Below are positions 36,058 through 47,536 of a stretch of 64,000 nt of DNA, one piece after another. The DNA is taken from assembly GCF_048403405.1 (NCBI RefSeq), contig NZ_CP183129.1; one strand, given 5' to 3'. The translations under genes were made by a program, and so were the position numbers. How positions within the stretch are numbered: the first letter of the stretch is position 1; each line of letters opens with the position of its first letter. This DNA is from Escherichia coli (GTDB lineage Bacteria > Pseudomonadota > Gammaproteobacteria > Enterobacterales > Enterobacteriaceae). The notes below the pieces were generated by a model. That model made no database searches. It saw only the letters and a program-made list of their open reading frames with translations, and was not told where the DNA came from.

Positions 36058-36906
36058 TTAATCCTGTTGTAGCAGGACAAGATTACGAAAGCGCGCTCCC
36101 CGCAAGGACTGACGCCAGATAGTTTCTGTCCATGGCTGCCCTTTCCATTCAAACGTGAAATCAATAAGTTCATCAGGGACACCGCAAACAATATGAAGAC
36201 GGATTTCTTCTCTGCCGTGACTCTTTTCACTCATTGCGAAACTGTCATGCTCTGGATTATTTAATTCTTTCAGTGGGAATTTTTCCTCAAAGGCTTTATT
36301 AAGCCGTCCCTGATTTCCTTTTACAGCGAATAAATAATCACCGCCCTGTTTTTGTATCTTCTCTGCGATATCTTTCTGGCAACCCATCGCATCAGTTGTG
36401 ATAATTTTTCCTTTAATATCCAACATGTTAAGAAGTTCAGGGATAGCTGTGATCTCATTGGATTTCTCATCCGTCCTGATCTGTCCGATGACCAGACTGT
36501 GCATTGTTGAGAACGCACTAATGACATGAATCGCTCCCCTGCGGCGACTCTTGTCATAAGAATGCCGGAGCGTTTTTCCATCAATTGCAATAACGTCTTT
36601 ATCATCTGAAGAATGGCAGTCACGCATCCAGTTAATAAAGCACTCGTGAAATTTTGCAGGACTGATACAGGATACAACTCTGGCAATGGTATCGTGAACA
36701 GGAATACCATTTTCAAAATCACCATATTGCTTCAAAAAATCGAGATGTGTTTCCCCAAAATCCTCTATATCTTCCCAGCCTTCTGCACCAGAAATAACGG
36801 CACAAATAGTCAACAGTAGAATATCCGACAATTTATGTTCCACTTTCCAGGCTTGTCTGTAATCGGGGATAATAGAAATATGTTCCATCAATTTTTTAAG
36901 TTCCAT
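36058..36906 (-). mobile_element. ybfD: H-repeat-associated (ISAs1-family) transposase gene, 3'-truncated remnant
   Basis: 282 aa ORF with N-terminus [51 protein letters not shown] typical of H-rpt proteins; homology ends after ...FTFEWKG, then an unrelated short tail (full-length proteins are about 378 aa as recalled). Confidence 0.8.
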
Positions 36907-37013
36907 TTTGTTCTCCTTAATTATGTAAAGAGTATTTGATCATGTATACGCAATAAAAAACAGCTTCAGGTAATGAGGAATATCTCAATTTTTAAACATA
37001 AAATGCGAATTAC

Positions 37014-37593
37014 TTAGTACAAAAAGTGTACTTCTGATGATCTTTCCCTGTCCTTGGCACCATCATTTTTTGACGCTTCAAAAATACTACTACAAGTGAG
37101 TTTAGAAAACTCTTTTCCAGATAATTCTCCAGGTTGTAATCCTCCGCCGCCAAAAATCCTACTCCCAGGATTTCCATACCTATTTAGAGCATATGAATAG
37201 CAATTATTTACGGCAAGATAATACGCATCTGAATTTAGTTCTCGATTGAATACTGGAGCAGGTTTATCAATTAAGCCCAGCGGATCAATAGAATAGGTTG
37301 GATGTATGGAAGCATATACATACTGATTCCACCCGCCTTCCAGCCCAATCGGTTCCTGAGTGATATACCGCCCCTGCAGCGGGTCATAATAGCGGTGGCG
37401 GTTGTAATACAGGCCGGACTCCTCATCATACTGCTGCCCCGGCAGACGGATAAGCTGCTGCAGGTGCTGCGGGTTCTCTTCAGTCAGCAGGTTGCCCCAT
37501 TCATCATATTCTGCGCACCATTCTGTTGCCCCGTCAGGGCTGATAAGCGTCAGCGGCAGGCCGCGATAGTCGCAGTGGTAGAGGTGGATTATT
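37014..37593 (-). pseudogene. orphan rhs core-end plus alternative C-terminal toxin (CT) fragment, no start codon
   Basis: Minus-strand translation gives ...[12 protein letters not shown]...[46 protein letters not shown] then a unique tail ending ...SSEVHFLY, stop at 37014-37016; 37340-37600 is a near-identical DNA repeat of 38690-38950 inside the main rhs gene. Confidence 0.75.
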
Positions 37594-37623
37594 CGCAGTG
37601 GTAGAGGTGGATTATTCGCAGTG
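37571..37623. repeat. 23-bp tandem direct repeat (2 copies plus a partial third) at the 5' edge of the orphan rhs fragment
   Basis: CGCAGTGGTAGAGGTGGATTATT at 37571-37593 and 37594-37616, then CGCAGTG. Confidence 0.9.
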
Positions 37624-37706
37624 ATCTATATGCCAACGTCATCTTATTTTTCATCTACTCCAACGAGTAGACAAGTTTTTTATTAAACCATTTATACCTT
37701 TTACGA

Positions 37707-38210
37707 TTAAATTTTCTTATGTAATAGAGGTGAATAATCTTCCCAAAAATCCATACAAGCTTTACTTGCATAAAAGAATCCAGCGTCTGATTCATAAGAC
37801 ATAAACTGTGCAATAATAGATAGTTGTATATCTGAAAAATTAAAAACAAAATTCAAAAAATCATCGTGATCCCGATACTCAGGACATAAATATTGTTGAA
37901 TAAAATCGGATTCAAAAACCCAAAAATCATTCTTATTAAACAACGAGGCATAAATATACAGAGGGATGTAATAGCAGAATACTTTCTCAGGGAGGAATGT
38001 AATTCCTAACTCTAAAGCATAAGAGTCATCCTTTATTTTAAAATTGTTGGCTATTTCATTCCATTGTTTCTTTTGGAAAAAATTATATACAATATCCAGT
38101 TCCTCCAGCCCTGTAATATCATTTGAAATATGAGGTAATGGCTGGCATGGGAAATGAATCATAAGTTCATCATAGACTGCACTCTCGTTAGAGAAAATTA
38201 TTTTTTTCAT
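37707..38210 (-). CDS. candidate Rhs immunity protein (RhsI-like), cognate to the main Rhs toxin tip
   Basis: 167 aa from [16 protein letters not shown]; its ATG overlaps the rhs stop (ATGA at 38207-38210); low-GC, no signal peptide; position directly 3' of the toxin gene. Confidence 0.6.
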   Translation of the reverse strand: MKKIIFSNESAVYDELMIHFPCQPLPHISNDITGLEELDIVYNFFQKKQWNEIANNFKIKDDSYALELGITFLPEKVFCYYIPLYIYASLFNKNDFWVFESDFIQQYLCPEYRDHDDFLNFVFNFSDIQLSIIAQFMSYESDAGFFYASKACMDFWEDYSPLLHKKI

Positions 38211-41200
38211 TTTATTAAGCCACTGCAATCAGCTGCTGTTTTATATGCTTTATTCTCTTCTTCCATATGGGCCTTATCTCCACCACCAAAGCACTGATTA
38301 TTAATCTGCTTTCTGACCGAAGCGCACGCCAAATTTATCTCGTACCGTCTCAATATTTCTTTTCTCAGCATCTGAGGAGCGCAAGCTCTAGACTGGTTAC
38401 ATAATCTGTTTTTTTCATTTTGTAAGTCACTCAGGTTCTGGGGACTACAGTTACCACCAGGATTTACACCTGACTTATGTTCATCTGTTAATTTGTCGGC
38501 TTCTGGATTAACTTTACGGCCATATTGATCTCTGCGTTGTTGCCCACTTTGGATAACACCACCTGATGAAAATAAACCGCAACTCATCAGTGCTACAACA
38601 CTAAGAATTAACGGATTTAACCCTTGTGGGTCTATCTCTGAGATCGGATTTAACGGATACTGATAAAAATTCCATCCCCCCTTAAGCCCAATCGGATCCT
38701 GAGTGATATACCGCCCCTGCAGCGGGTCATAATAGCGGTGGCGGTTGTAATACAGGCCGGACTCCTCATCATACTGCTGACCCGGCAGGCGGATGAGCTG
38801 CTGCAGCTGATGCGGGTTCTCTTCATTCAGCAGGTTGCCCCATTCATCGTATTCTGCGTACCACGCTGTTGTCCCTTCCGTGCTGACAAGCGCCAGCGGC
38901 AGGCCGCGATGGTCGCAGTGGTACAGGTGGATTTTTCGCGCCGGCGTGTACACCGGGTCCATCTGGTTTTGCATCTGCTCCACCGTCAGGCCGCACGATG
39001 CCAGCCAGCGGCGGCTTTCCTCGCTCACCCGGTCAGTAAGGATTTCACTTTCCAGCCGGTCGAGCATCTGCACCAGCACCGGCGGGAACACCACTCTGCC
39101 ACCGTCTTCGCCGCCGGACTGCTGAAGGGCATCCGCCAGGCTGCGGCGCTGCGTTTTCGCCAGCTCACCGGTGGCGGTTTCAACTCTGATGAGTGGCGTG
39201 AAGCTCCCCGGCTGATAAACCGTCTGGATGCGGGTTCTGTCGTTCTGTATTGTGGTCAGCCGGTCGCCGTCCCAGCCGTACCAGGTCACTTCCGGTTTCC
39301 GTGACAGCGACATCCAGCCCGTCAGGTCCCGTTCACGCCGCCATACCCGTTTTGCCACCCTGCGGCCCAGCGGGTCGTAAAGATAGCGACTTTCGACCAG
39401 CGGCTCTGCATATTGTGTCCGCGTGTAGTGCACCAGCCGGTGCCGGCTGTCGTAATGATACCGGTGAGTCCGCTCATCATCCGTGCGGATAACCCCTTCC
39501 GGGATGAGGTCGGTTTTCTCTGTCAGCCTGCCGTGACGGTCATACCGGTAAAGATAGTGCGCGTCACGGGCGATACGGTTATCCGGCCACATGCTGAGGG
39601 TGCTGTCCGGGTGCAGCTCCGGGTCGGGCAGGCGGTTGCCTGCCGGGTCCGTGGCATACGGGATGCGGATATCCAGATTCGCTGCGGTGGTGTGGACGCC
39701 GGTCAGCCTGCCGGTGTCGCTGTAGCTGTAACTCCGGGTCTGGCGCGGGCTGCTGATGCGGATGAGTTCGCCGTTGTCGTTCCAGGTGTAATCGCGGTCA
39801 TACTGCAGGCTGTTCAGGTGCTGGCTCTGTAACTGCCCGGCAGAGGTGTAAGCGGTGGTGAGTTCATAACGGCCGAAGCTGCGCAGCGTTTCCCGGTGCA
39901 GGCGGTCGCGGGTGAAATCCACCAGCGGTGTGTCGCCGAGTTTCATGCCTGACAGCCAGCCGCTGCCGTAGGTCAGCCATTCCACGGCGGGCAGGCTGTC
40001 CGGTATACAGCGGTTCGCCAGTCCCTGCGCGTTGTACGCATGTCTGGTTTCATGCTGCCAGAGCAGTGCTTCCGTCTGCGGGTGATGCACCGTCTGGCGC
40101 TCACCGGTCAGGCGGCCTTTCTCATCATACCCGTAATGCACCGTCACCCGGTGGCCTTCGCTGAGATGGCTGATGCCTGTCAGCCAGCCGCGTTCGTCAT
40201 ACTGCCACTGCTCTGCAGGTTCACCCTTCACGGTGCGGTGAGTGAGGCGGTCTGCTTCGTCATAGTGCCAGTGGGTGACCAGCCCCTCATCCTCGCTGCG
40301 GATAAGTTTACCGGTCAGGTCGTGGTGATAACGCTGTGTGCGGCCGTCAAAGCCGGTTTCCTGTATCAGCCGGTCAAGTACATCGTAACGGAAGGTGGTG
40401 TGGCTGCCGTTTTCACTGGTCAGGCGGATGACCCGCCCGGCAGCATCGTATTCCATACTGCGCGTCAGACCGCCCTGCGTGGTACGAACGGGCTTTCCCC
40501 ACGCATCGTACTGTGTCCCGTTTCTGCTGCCGTCCGGGGCAATGACGGCGGTCAGGTCACCGGCGGCGTTGTATTCATACCGCGTTTCATGGCCCTGCGT
40601 GTCTTTCACCGCAATTAACTGTCCACGGCTGTCGTATGCGCGGTACTGACTCAGCCCTTCCTCGCGGTGCACCGCCGTCACCTGACCAAAACGGTCATGG
40701 TCATAACGGGTTACATAACCGGAACAGTCAGTGACGGTCAGCAACTGACCGTAACGGCTCCATGTCATGGTTTTCCGGCTGCCGGTGGCATCTTCCGTTG
40801 CGCAGGGTAAGTCACTGTGTGGATTATCATAACGGTAGCGGGTGATATCGCCGTTGTGTGCGGTTTCCTGAATCAGACGGCCGGATTCATCATATTTGCG
40901 GCGCAACTCCAGCCCGTCAGTCCCGGTGGCTGACGTTAACTGGTTGTGGTGGTTATAGTAAAATGCCGATGCCCTGCCATCCGGTGTGGTGATGCGCGTG
41001 ATGAGTCCCGTCACCACATCCGGGCTGTACTCAGTCGTCCGGCCTGCGGCATCCGTCTGTGCCTTAAGCCCGCCCACCGCGTCAAACTGACTCTGCGTGA
41101 CGCTGCCGTCCGCGTGTTCCTTTTTCACCACCCGCTTCAGCCCGCCTTCGCCCTGCGTGTGCAGCACTTCACGGCGGTCCAGACTGTCGGTGATGGTGAT

Positions 41201-42358
41201 GCGGTCTTTCTCATACTGATACGTGTAGCTTAAGCCTGCCGGGTTTAGCTGTTCTGTCACCCGCCCGTCGCTGTCGTAACGGTAACGGATATCCGGCCGG
41301 CCCGTGTGACGGTGCGCCACCATCCGGCCCCGGTATTTATCATCGTAAGTAAAGCTGCGCACCTGTGTATTGCTGCGGTCATACACCGCCGCCAGTTCGC
41401 CGCGTGGCGTCCAGCCATAGCGCACCAGCGGCGCGGCAGGTAAATTCTCCGGGTATTCCGGGTCGTGCGTCAGCCACACGGCAGACAGACGGATGCCGTT
41501 GTCCCGGCCATATTCGGTGTAACCCGGCAGGGTATCAGGAAAAACGGACGGTTCCGTCCCGCCGGAAATGGCCTGCTGCCGGGCTTCTTCTGCCCGCTGC
41601 GCCTGCGTGGTCAGTACCAGCCGGAAGTGACGCCCGGCACCATCCGTCACGCCGGTGATTTCGCCGCTGAATTCGCCGCCAGCCTCACGGTGAAACGTCT
41701 GTGTGCGCCCGAAGCGGTCCACCAGCCCGGTCAGTACCCGGTACGGCGGCAGCGGCGCGGGCAGCACCTCATCCGCCTCCGGCACCCGCTCACACCAGCC
41801 GAGTACCCACCACGGCCCCTGCGGACTGTTTGTCGCCAGATAACGATGCGGACTCAGGCGAAGCTCTTCCGGCAGCGCCTGCCAGAGTGCGGCCAGCCGG
41901 TGACCTTCATCCAGTTTCGCCACGCCGCCGCGCACCAGCCAGAGTGACTCGCTGCGGCTGTAACCGTCCTCACCGGGAAACAGGTGCTCAAAATACAGGC
42001 TTCTGCCGCCGTTATCACTGAGTGTCAGTGTGTTATCGCGCAGCTGTAAGCGGATATCCGCAGGCATTTTCCAGCCGGGGCCGAGGCTCCCCACCGGCGC
42101 GGGCGTTTTTGTCCGGTAACTGCTGTAGGTGCGGGAGAGGATGAACGGCAGCGGGCCGGGCAGGGCAAGGTCGGTTTCGCCGGGAAGGACCTTCGCACCG
42201 AGCAGCGGATTGACCGGATGGCCGGACGTCACCCCGCCGGGGCACACCGAACAGGCCACGCCGGTGGGGGCACCAATACGTACCCCGGCTGAACCCTGAA
42301 CAATGCTACCGCCATACTGCGTCATGTCGCCCTGACGCGCCGCCGGTTTTCCGCTCAT
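38207..42358 (-). CDS. rhsC: Rhs-family polymorphic toxin (YD-repeat protein with variable C-terminal toxin domain)
   Basis: 1383 aa; N-terminus [34 protein letters not shown]; many YD repeats; conserved core end ...[17 protein letters not shown]...DPQGL followed by a unique Cys-rich tail; symbol from synteny with ybfA-kdp. Confidence 0.85.
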   Translation of the reverse strand: MSGKPAARQGDMTQYGGSIVQGSAGVRIGAPTGVACSVCPGGVTSGHPVNPLLGAKVLPGETDLALPGPLPFILSRTYSSYRTKTPAPVGSLGPGWKMPADIRLQLRDNTLTLSDNGGRSLYFEHLFPGEDGYSRSESLWLVRGGVAKLDEGHRLAALWQALPEELRLSPHRYLATNSPQGPWWVLGWCERVPEADEVLPAPLPPYRVLTGLVDRFGRTQTFHREAGGEFSGEITGVTDGAGRHFRLVLTTQAQRAEEARQQAISGGTEPSVFPDTLPGYTEYGRDNGIRLSAVWLTHDPEYPENLPAAPLVRYGWTPRGELAAVYDRSNTQVRSFTYDDKYRGRMVAHRHTGRPDIRYRYDSDGRVTEQLNPAGLSYTYQYEKDRITITDSLDRREVLHTQGEGGLKRVVKKEHADGSVTQSQFDAVGGLKAQTDAAGRTTEYSPDVVTGLITRITTPDGRASAFYYNHHNQLTSATGTDGLELRRKYDESGRLIQETAHNGDITRYRYDNPHSDLPCATEDATGSRKTMTWSRYGQLLTVTDCSGYVTRYDHDRFGQVTAVHREEGLSQYRAYDSRGQLIAVKDTQGHETRYEYNAAGDLTAVIAPDGSRNGTQYDAWGKPVRTTQGGLTRSMEYDAAGRVIRLTSENGSHTTFRYDVLDRLIQETGFDGRTQRYHHDLTGKLIRSEDEGLVTHWHYDEADRLTHRTVKGEPAEQWQYDERGWLTGISHLSEGHRVTVHYGYDEKGRLTGERQTVHHPQTEALLWQHETRHAYNAQGLANRCIPDSLPAVEWLTYGSGWLSGMKLGDTPLVDFTRDRLHRETLRSFGRYELTTAYTSAGQLQSQHLNSLQYDRDYTWNDNGELIRISSPRQTRSYSYSDTGRLTGVHTTAANLDIRIPYATDPAGNRLPDPELHPDSTLSMWPDNRIARDAHYLYRYDRHGRLTEKTDLIPEGVIRTDDERTHRYHYDSRHRLVHYTRTQYAEPLVESRYLYDPLGRRVAKRVWRRERDLTGWMSLSRKPEVTWYGWDGDRLTTIQNDRTRIQTVYQPGSFTPLIRVETATGELAKTQRRSLADALQQSGGEDGGRVVFPPVLVQMLDRLESEILTDRVSEESRRWLASCGLTVEQMQNQMDPVYTPARKIHLYHCDHRGLPLALVSTEGTTAWYAEYDEWGNLLNEENPHQLQQLIRLPGQQYDEESGLYYNRHRYYDPLQGRYITQDPIGLKGGWNFYQYPLNPISEIDPQGLNPLILSVVALMSCGLFSSGGVIQSGQQRRDQYGRKVNPEADKLTDEHKSGVNPGGNCSPQNLSDLQNEKNRLCNQSRACAPQMLRKEILRRYEINLACASVRKQINNQCFGGGDKAHMEEENKAYKTAADCSGLIK

Positions 42359-42545
42359 CTGCTCATCCTTGTTTTATCGGGTTATTTGTCTGCTGACAGG
42401 CGAAACCCTACAGATTTATAAGAAAGCCTTAAGTGAGATATCTGTCAGATAAGAACAATTAGGAAAATATTTATATATATTTCATGAATATATGTTTCGA
42501 TTGGTATAACGGTGTCTAAATATTCCTCTGAACATCTTCCTGATA

Positions 42546-42580
42546 CAAAAAAAACCGCCAGCGTTTCCGCTGGCGGTTTT
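42546..42580 (-). terminator. intrinsic terminator downstream of ybfA (bidirectional hairpin)
   Basis: CCGCCAGCG-TTTC-CGCTGGCGG flanked by an A-run and a T-run. Confidence 0.65.
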
Positions 42581-42602
42581 CAATGTATTCAAAACTCAGC
42601 AA

Positions 42603-42809
42603 TCAGTAAAAATCACCAGTTGCCTTTTCGGCCTGATCCATCCACACCGGTTTCTCGCTGGTTTTCGACCAGACGCGGTGCAGGTAGCTGTAAAAGCGGG
42701 CGCGGTCTTTCCAGAAAAGCATGAAAGGCAGCGCCAGAACGCCCGCTGCAACCGCATAAGTACGGCGTAAAAAGATAAGCCATGCAGGATATTCTCTGTA
42801 GAGTTCCAT
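42603..42809 (-). CDS. ybfA: small DUF2517-family protein
   Basis: 68 aa [29 protein letters not shown]; located between rhsC and kdpF as in K-12. Confidence 0.6.
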   Translation of the reverse strand: MELYREYPAWLIFLRRTYAVAAGVLALPFMLFWKDRARFYSYLHRVWSKTSEKPVWMDQAEKATGDFY

Positions 42810-43017
42810 ACTTTTCTCCCCCTTTTGTATCTACCCGGTGAATGGCACCGGAAAAATGAATTTGTTTATCTGATGAAAATAGTACCGCCTTTTGTGTAAT
42901 TTTACTACTCATCCGACCACCTATTTTTGCTTATTGATGGTTTATTTACATTCACACTGTAATTAAGTTACACAAAAGTTAAATTAATACTAACCATCAG
43001 TTAAATCATGGCTTTTG

Positions 43018-43121
43018 CCATTTTTATACTTTTTTTACACCCCGCCCGCAGATTTTTGCGAAATCTTTGCAGCCAGAATTCTACTCTTCCGGTATCACTT
43101 TTAGGCCACTGGAGGTGCACT
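43018..43121 (+). promoter_or_regulatory. kdpFABC promoter region with T-rich putative KdpE-binding segment
   Basis: TTTTTATACTTTTTTTACACCCCGCCCG about 75-100 bp upstream of the kdpF start; assignment by position and recalled K-12 biology. Confidence 0.45.
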
Positions 43122-43211
43122 GTGAGTGCAGGCGTGATAGCCGGCGTGTTGCTGGTGTTTTTATTACTGGGTTATCTGGTTTATGCCCTGATCAATGCGG
43201 AGGCGTTCTGA
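43122..43211 (+). CDS. kdpF: K+-transporting ATPase small subunit F
   Basis: 29-aa hydrophobic peptide [29 protein letters not shown] with GTG start; stop overlaps the kdpA start. Confidence 0.85.
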   Translation: MSAGVIAGVLLVFLLLGYLVYALINAEAF

Positions 43212-44884
43212 TGGCTGCGCAAGGGTTCTTACTGATTGCCACGTTTTTACTGGTGTTAATGGTGCTGGCGCGTCCTTTAGGCAGCGGGCTGGCGCGGCTG
43301 ATTAACGACATACCTCTTCCCGGTACAGCGGGCGTTGAACGTATACTCTTTCGTTTACCTGGCGTCTCTGACAGTGAGATGAACTGGAAGCAGTATCTCT
43401 CTGCCATTCTCGGCCTGAACATGCTGGGGCTGGCGGTGCTGTTTTTTATGTTGCTCGGTCAGCACTATCTGCCGCTTAATCCACAGCAGTTGCCAGGGCT
43501 GTCGTGGGATCTGGCGCTGAATACCGCCGTCAGCTTTGTCACCAATACCAACTGGCAATCTTATAGCGGTGAAACCACGTTGAGCTATTTCAGCCAGATG
43601 GCGGGCTTAACGGTACAAAACTTTCTTTCTGCCGCCAGCGGGATTGCGGTGATTTTTGCCCTCATTCGTGCGTTTACCCGCCAGAGCATGAGCACACTCG
43701 GGAATGCCTGGGTCGATCTGTTACGTATCACGTTATGGGTGCTAGTCCCTGTGGCGTTGTTGATCGCACTGTTTTTTATTCAACAAGGTGCACTGCAAAA
43801 CTTTCTGCCCTATCAGGCGGTGAATACCGTTGAAGGAGCGAAACAGCTGTTACCCATGGGTCCGGTGGCTTCTCAGGAAGCGATAAAGATGCTCGGCACT
43901 AACGGCGGTGGCTTCTTTAATGCCAACTCGTCGCATCCGTTTGAAAACCCAACCGCACTGACCAACTTCGTGCAGATGCTGGCGATCTTCTTGATCCCAA
44001 CGGCACTGTGCTTTGCCTTTGGCGAAGTGGCGGGCGATCGCCGTCAGGGGCGCATGTTGCTGTGGGCGATGTCAGTGATTTTTGTCATCTGCGTAGGCGT
44101 GGTGATGTGGGCAGAAGTTCAGGGTAATCCTCATCTGCTGGCGCTGGGTGCGGACAGCAGCATCAATATGGAAGGTAAAGAGAGCCGTTTCGGCGTGCTG
44201 GTCAGTAGCCTGTTTGCGGTCGTGACTACGGCGGCTTCCTGCGGCGCGGTGATTGCGATGCATGATTCGTTTACCGCCCCCGGTGGCATGGTGCCGATGT
44301 GGCTGATGCAAATTGGTGAAGTGGTATTCGGCGGTGTCGGTTCTGGTCTTTACGGCATGATGCTGTTTGTCCTGCTGGCGGTGTTTATTGCCGGGCTGAT
44401 GATTGGTCGTACACCGGAATATCTGGGTAAAAAAATCGACGTACGCGAGATGAAACTGACCGCACTGGCGATTCTGGTCACCCCGACGCTGGTGCTGATG
44501 GGCGCGGCGCTGGCAATGATGACCGACGCCGGACGTAGCGCCATGCTCAACCCGGGCCCGCATGGTTTTAGCGAAGTGCTGTACGCCGTGTCGTCCGCCG
44601 CTAACAACAACGGCAGCGCCTTTGCCGGATTAAGCGCCAACTCCCCATTCTGGAACTGTTTGCTGGCGTTCTGCATGTTTGTTGGTCGCTTCGGGGTGAT
44701 TATCCCGGTGATGGCAATTGCCGGTTCGTTGGTGAGTAAAAAGAGCCAACCCGCCAGCTCCGGCACGCTGCCAACGCACGGCCCGCTGTTTGTTGGCCTG
44801 TTAATCGGCACCGTGTTGCTGGTTGGCGCACTGACCTTTATCCCTGCCCTGGCGCTTGGTCCGGTGGCGGAATATCTCTCCTGA
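43211..44884 (+). CDS. kdpA: K+-transporting ATPase subunit A
   Basis: 557 aa from [30 protein letters not shown]. Confidence 0.95.
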   Translation: MAAQGFLLIATFLLVLMVLARPLGSGLARLINDIPLPGTAGVERILFRLPGVSDSEMNWKQYLSAILGLNMLGLAVLFFMLLGQHYLPLNPQQLPGLSWDLALNTAVSFVTNTNWQSYSGETTLSYFSQMAGLTVQNFLSAASGIAVIFALIRAFTRQSMSTLGNAWVDLLRITLWVLVPVALLIALFFIQQGALQNFLPYQAVNTVEGAKQLLPMGPVASQEAIKMLGTNGGGFFNANSSHPFENPTALTNFVQMLAIFLIPTALCFAFGEVAGDRRQGRMLLWAMSVIFVICVGVVMWAEVQGNPHLLALGADSSINMEGKESRFGVLVSSLFAVVTTAASCGAVIAMHDSFTAPGGMVPMWLMQIGEVVFGGVGSGLYGMMLFVLLAVFIAGLMIGRTPEYLGKKIDVREMKLTALAILVTPTLVLMGAALAMMTDAGRSAMLNPGPHGFSEVLYAVSSAANNNGSAFAGLSANSPFWNCLLAFCMFVGRFGVIIPVMAIAGSLVSKKSQPASSGTLPTHGPLFVGLLIGTVLLVGALTFIPALALGPVAEYLS

Positions 44885-44906
44885 TGATATTGAGTGAGCA
44901 CTGAAT

Positions 44907-46955
44907 ATGAGTCGTAAACAACTGGCGCTATTCGAACCAACACTTGTCGTTCAGGCGCTGAAAGAAGCGGTGAAAAAATTAAACCCGCAGGCGCAATGGC
45001 GCAATCCGGTGATGTTTATCGTCTGGATCGGCAGTCTGCTGACCACCTGTATTAGCATCGCGATGGCAAGCGGTGCGATGCCTGGCAATGCGCTGTTTAG
45101 CGCGGCCATTAGCGGCTGGCTGTGGATCACCGTACTGTTCGCTAATTTCGCCGAGGCGCTGGCAGAAGGCCGCAGTAAAGCGCAGGCCAACAGCCTGAAA
45201 GGGGTGAAAAAAACTGCCTTTGCCCGCAAGCTGTGTGAGCCGAAATATGGCGCTGCGGCGGACAAAGTTCCCGCCGATCAACTGCGTAAAGGCGATATCG
45301 TACTGGTAGAAGCTGGCGATATTATCCCCTGCGATGGTGAAGTCATTGAAGGGGGCGCATCGGTCGATGAAAGCGCCATCACCGGGGAATCGGCACCGGT
45401 GATCCGTGAATCCGGCGGCGATTTTGCCTCCGTCACTGGCGGCACGCGTATTCTTTCTGACTGGCTGGTGATTGAGTGCAGCGTTAACCCCGGCGAGACA
45501 TTTCTGGATAGGATGATCGCGATGGTGGAAGGCGCACAGCGACGCAAAACGCCGAACGAGATTGCCCTGACCATTCTCCTGATTGCCCTGACTATCGTCT
45601 TTTTACTGGCAACCGCCACGCTGTGGCCGTTTTCCGCGTGGGGCGGTAATGCAGTGAGTGTAACGGTACTGGTGGCGCTGCTGGTCTGTCTGATCCCAAC
45701 CACTATTGGCGGCCTGTTGTCAGCGATCGGCGTCGCCGGGATGAGTCGGATGCTGGGCGCGAATGTGATTGCCACCAGCGGACGTGCAGTTGAAGCGGCA
45801 GGTGACGTTGACGTTCTGCTACTGGATAAAACCGGCACCATCACACTCGGTAACCGTCAGGCGTCGGAGCTTATCCCCGCGCAGGGCGTGGATGAAAAAA
45901 CGCTGGCTGACGCCGCACAACTGGCTTCACTGGCTGATGAAACGCCGGAAGGCCGCAGTATTGTGATCCTCGCCAAGCAGCGTTTTAACCTGCGCGAGCG
46001 CGATGTGCAGTCGCTCCATGCCACCTTTGTACCGTTTACTGCGCAAAGCCGGATGAGCGGGATCAACATCGACAACCGCATGATCCGTAAAGGTTCTGTC
46101 GATGCCATTCGCCGCCATGTTGAGGCTAACGGCGGTCACTTCCCTGCCGATGTCGATCAAAAAGTCGATCAGGTTGCGCGTCAGGGAGCCACGCCGCTGG
46201 TAGTAGTAGAAGGCTCCCATGTGCTTGGCGTTATTGCGCTGAAAGATATCGTCAAAGGCGGTATTAAAGAGCGCTTCGCCCAGCTGCGCAAAATGGGCAT
46301 TAAAACGGTGATGATTACCGGCGATAACCGTCTGACTGCCGCCGCGATAGCTGCGGAAGCGGGTGTCGATGATTTTCTCGCCGAAGCGACACCGGAGGCC
46401 AAGCTGGCATTGATTCGTCAGTATCAGGCGGAAGGCCGTTTGGTGGCGATGACCGGCGACGGCACCAACGATGCTCCGGCGCTGGCGCAGGCAGATGTCG
46501 CGGTGGCGATGAACTCTGGTACTCAGGCGGCGAAAGAAGCGGGCAATATGGTGGATCTCGACTCTAACCCGACCAAGTTGATCGAGGTGGTACATATTGG
46601 CAAACAGATGCTGATGACCCGTGGCTCGCTGACCACCTTCAGCATTGCCAACGATGTGGCGAAATACTTCGCCATTATTCCGGCGGCGTTCGCGGCAACG
46701 TATCCACAGTTAAATGCGCTGAACATCATGCGCCTGCATTCGCCCGACTCCGCCATTCTCAGTGCGGTCATTTTCAACGCCTTGATTATCGTCTTTTTGA
46801 TTCCCCTGGCGTTAAAAGGCGTGAGTTATAAACCGCTTACCGCTTCTGCCATGTTGCGCCGTAACTTATGGATTTACGGTCTGGGTGGGCTGCTGGTGCC
46901 GTTTATTGGTATCAAAGTCATTGATTTACTGCTGACCGTTTGCGGTCTGGTGTGA
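44907..46955 (+). CDS. kdpB: K+-transporting ATPase subunit B (P-type ATPase)
   Basis: 682 aa; DKTGTIT phosphorylation motif. Confidence 0.96.
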   Translation: MSRKQLALFEPTLVVQALKEAVKKLNPQAQWRNPVMFIVWIGSLLTTCISIAMASGAMPGNALFSAAISGWLWITVLFANFAEALAEGRSKAQANSLKGVKKTAFARKLCEPKYGAAADKVPADQLRKGDIVLVEAGDIIPCDGEVIEGGASVDESAITGESAPVIRESGGDFASVTGGTRILSDWLVIECSVNPGETFLDRMIAMVEGAQRRKTPNEIALTILLIALTIVFLLATATLWPFSAWGGNAVSVTVLVALLVCLIPTTIGGLLSAIGVAGMSRMLGANVIATSGRAVEAAGDVDVLLLDKTGTITLGNRQASELIPAQGVDEKTLADAAQLASLADETPEGRSIVILAKQRFNLRERDVQSLHATFVPFTAQSRMSGINIDNRMIRKGSVDAIRRHVEANGGHFPADVDQKVDQVARQGATPLVVVEGSHVLGVIALKDIVKGGIKERFAQLRKMGIKTVMITGDNRLTAAAIAAEAGVDDFLAEATPEAKLALIRQYQAEGRLVAMTGDGTNDAPALAQADVAVAMNSGTQAAKEAGNMVDLDSNPTKLIEVVHIGKQMLMTRGSLTTFSIANDVAKYFAIIPAAFAATYPQLNALNIMRLHSPDSAILSAVIFNALIIVFLIPLALKGVSYKPLTASAMLRRNLWIYGLGGLLVPFIGIKVIDLLLTVCGLV

Positions 46956-46963
46956 GGTTTACC

Positions 46964-47536
46964 ATGAGTGGATTACGTCCGGCATTATCAACATTTATCT
47001 TTCTGTTATTGATCACTGGCGGCGTTTACCCGCTGCTGACCACCGTGCTGGGGCAATGGTGGTTTCCCTGGCAGGCCAACGGTTCGTTGATTCGTGAAGG
47101 TGATACGGTGCGCGGTTCGGCATTAATCGGGCAGAATTTTACCGGCAACGGCTATTTTCATGGTCGCCCGTCGGCAACGGCAGAAATACCCTATAATCCA
47201 CAGGCTTCTGGCGGGAGCAATCTGGCGGTCAGTAACCCTGAGCTGGATAAACTAATAGCCGCACGCGTTGCTGCATTACGGGCCGCTAACCCGGATGCCA
47301 GCGCGAGCGTTCCGGTTGAACTGGTGACGGCATCGGCAAGCGGGCTGGACAATAATATCACCCCGCAAGCGGCGGCATGGCAGATCCCACGCGTGGCGAA
47401 AGCGCGTAATCTCAGCGTTGAACAGCTCACGCAACTGATCGCAAAATACAGCCAACAACCGCTGGTGAAATATATCGGCCAGCCGGTCGTCAACATTGTC
47501 GAACTCAATCTGGCGCTGGATAAGCTTGATGAATAA
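46964..47536 (+). CDS. kdpC: K+-transporting ATPase subunit C
   Basis: 190 aa from [27 protein letters not shown]. Confidence 0.93.
   Translation: MSGLRPALSTFIFLLLITGGVYPLLTTVLGQWWFPWQANGSLIREGDTVRGSALIGQNFTGNGYFHGRPSATAEIPYNPQASGGSNLAVSNPELDKLIAARVAALRAANPDASASVPVELVTASASGLDNNITPQAAAWQIPRVAKARNLSVEQLTQLIAKYSQQPLVKYIGQPVVNIVELNLALDKLDE

Noticed and set aside
35997-36230. 77-aa minus-strand ORF overlapping the 3' end of the H-repeat remnant
   Set aside because: Overlaps the longer H-rpt reading frame and has no independent support.
37302-37604. 100-aa plus-strand ORF over the orphan rhs fragment
   Set aside because: It is the antisense of the conserved rhs core-end sequence; the conserved reading is on the minus strand.
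38738-41947. Multiple 80-190-aa plus-strand ORFs inside the rhs gene
   Set aside because: GC-rich YD-repeat coding DNA gives long open frames on the opposite strand; no independent start or RBS evidence.
42512-42724. 70-aa plus-strand ORF overlapping ybfA
   Set aside because: Overlaps the terminator hairpin and the ybfA coding region on the opposite strand; the minus-strand ybfA reading fits K-12 synteny better.
44350-46595. Minus-strand ORFs (about 190-220 aa) inside kdpA and kdpB
   Set aside because: Antisense to conserved P-type ATPase genes; low-complexity translations.
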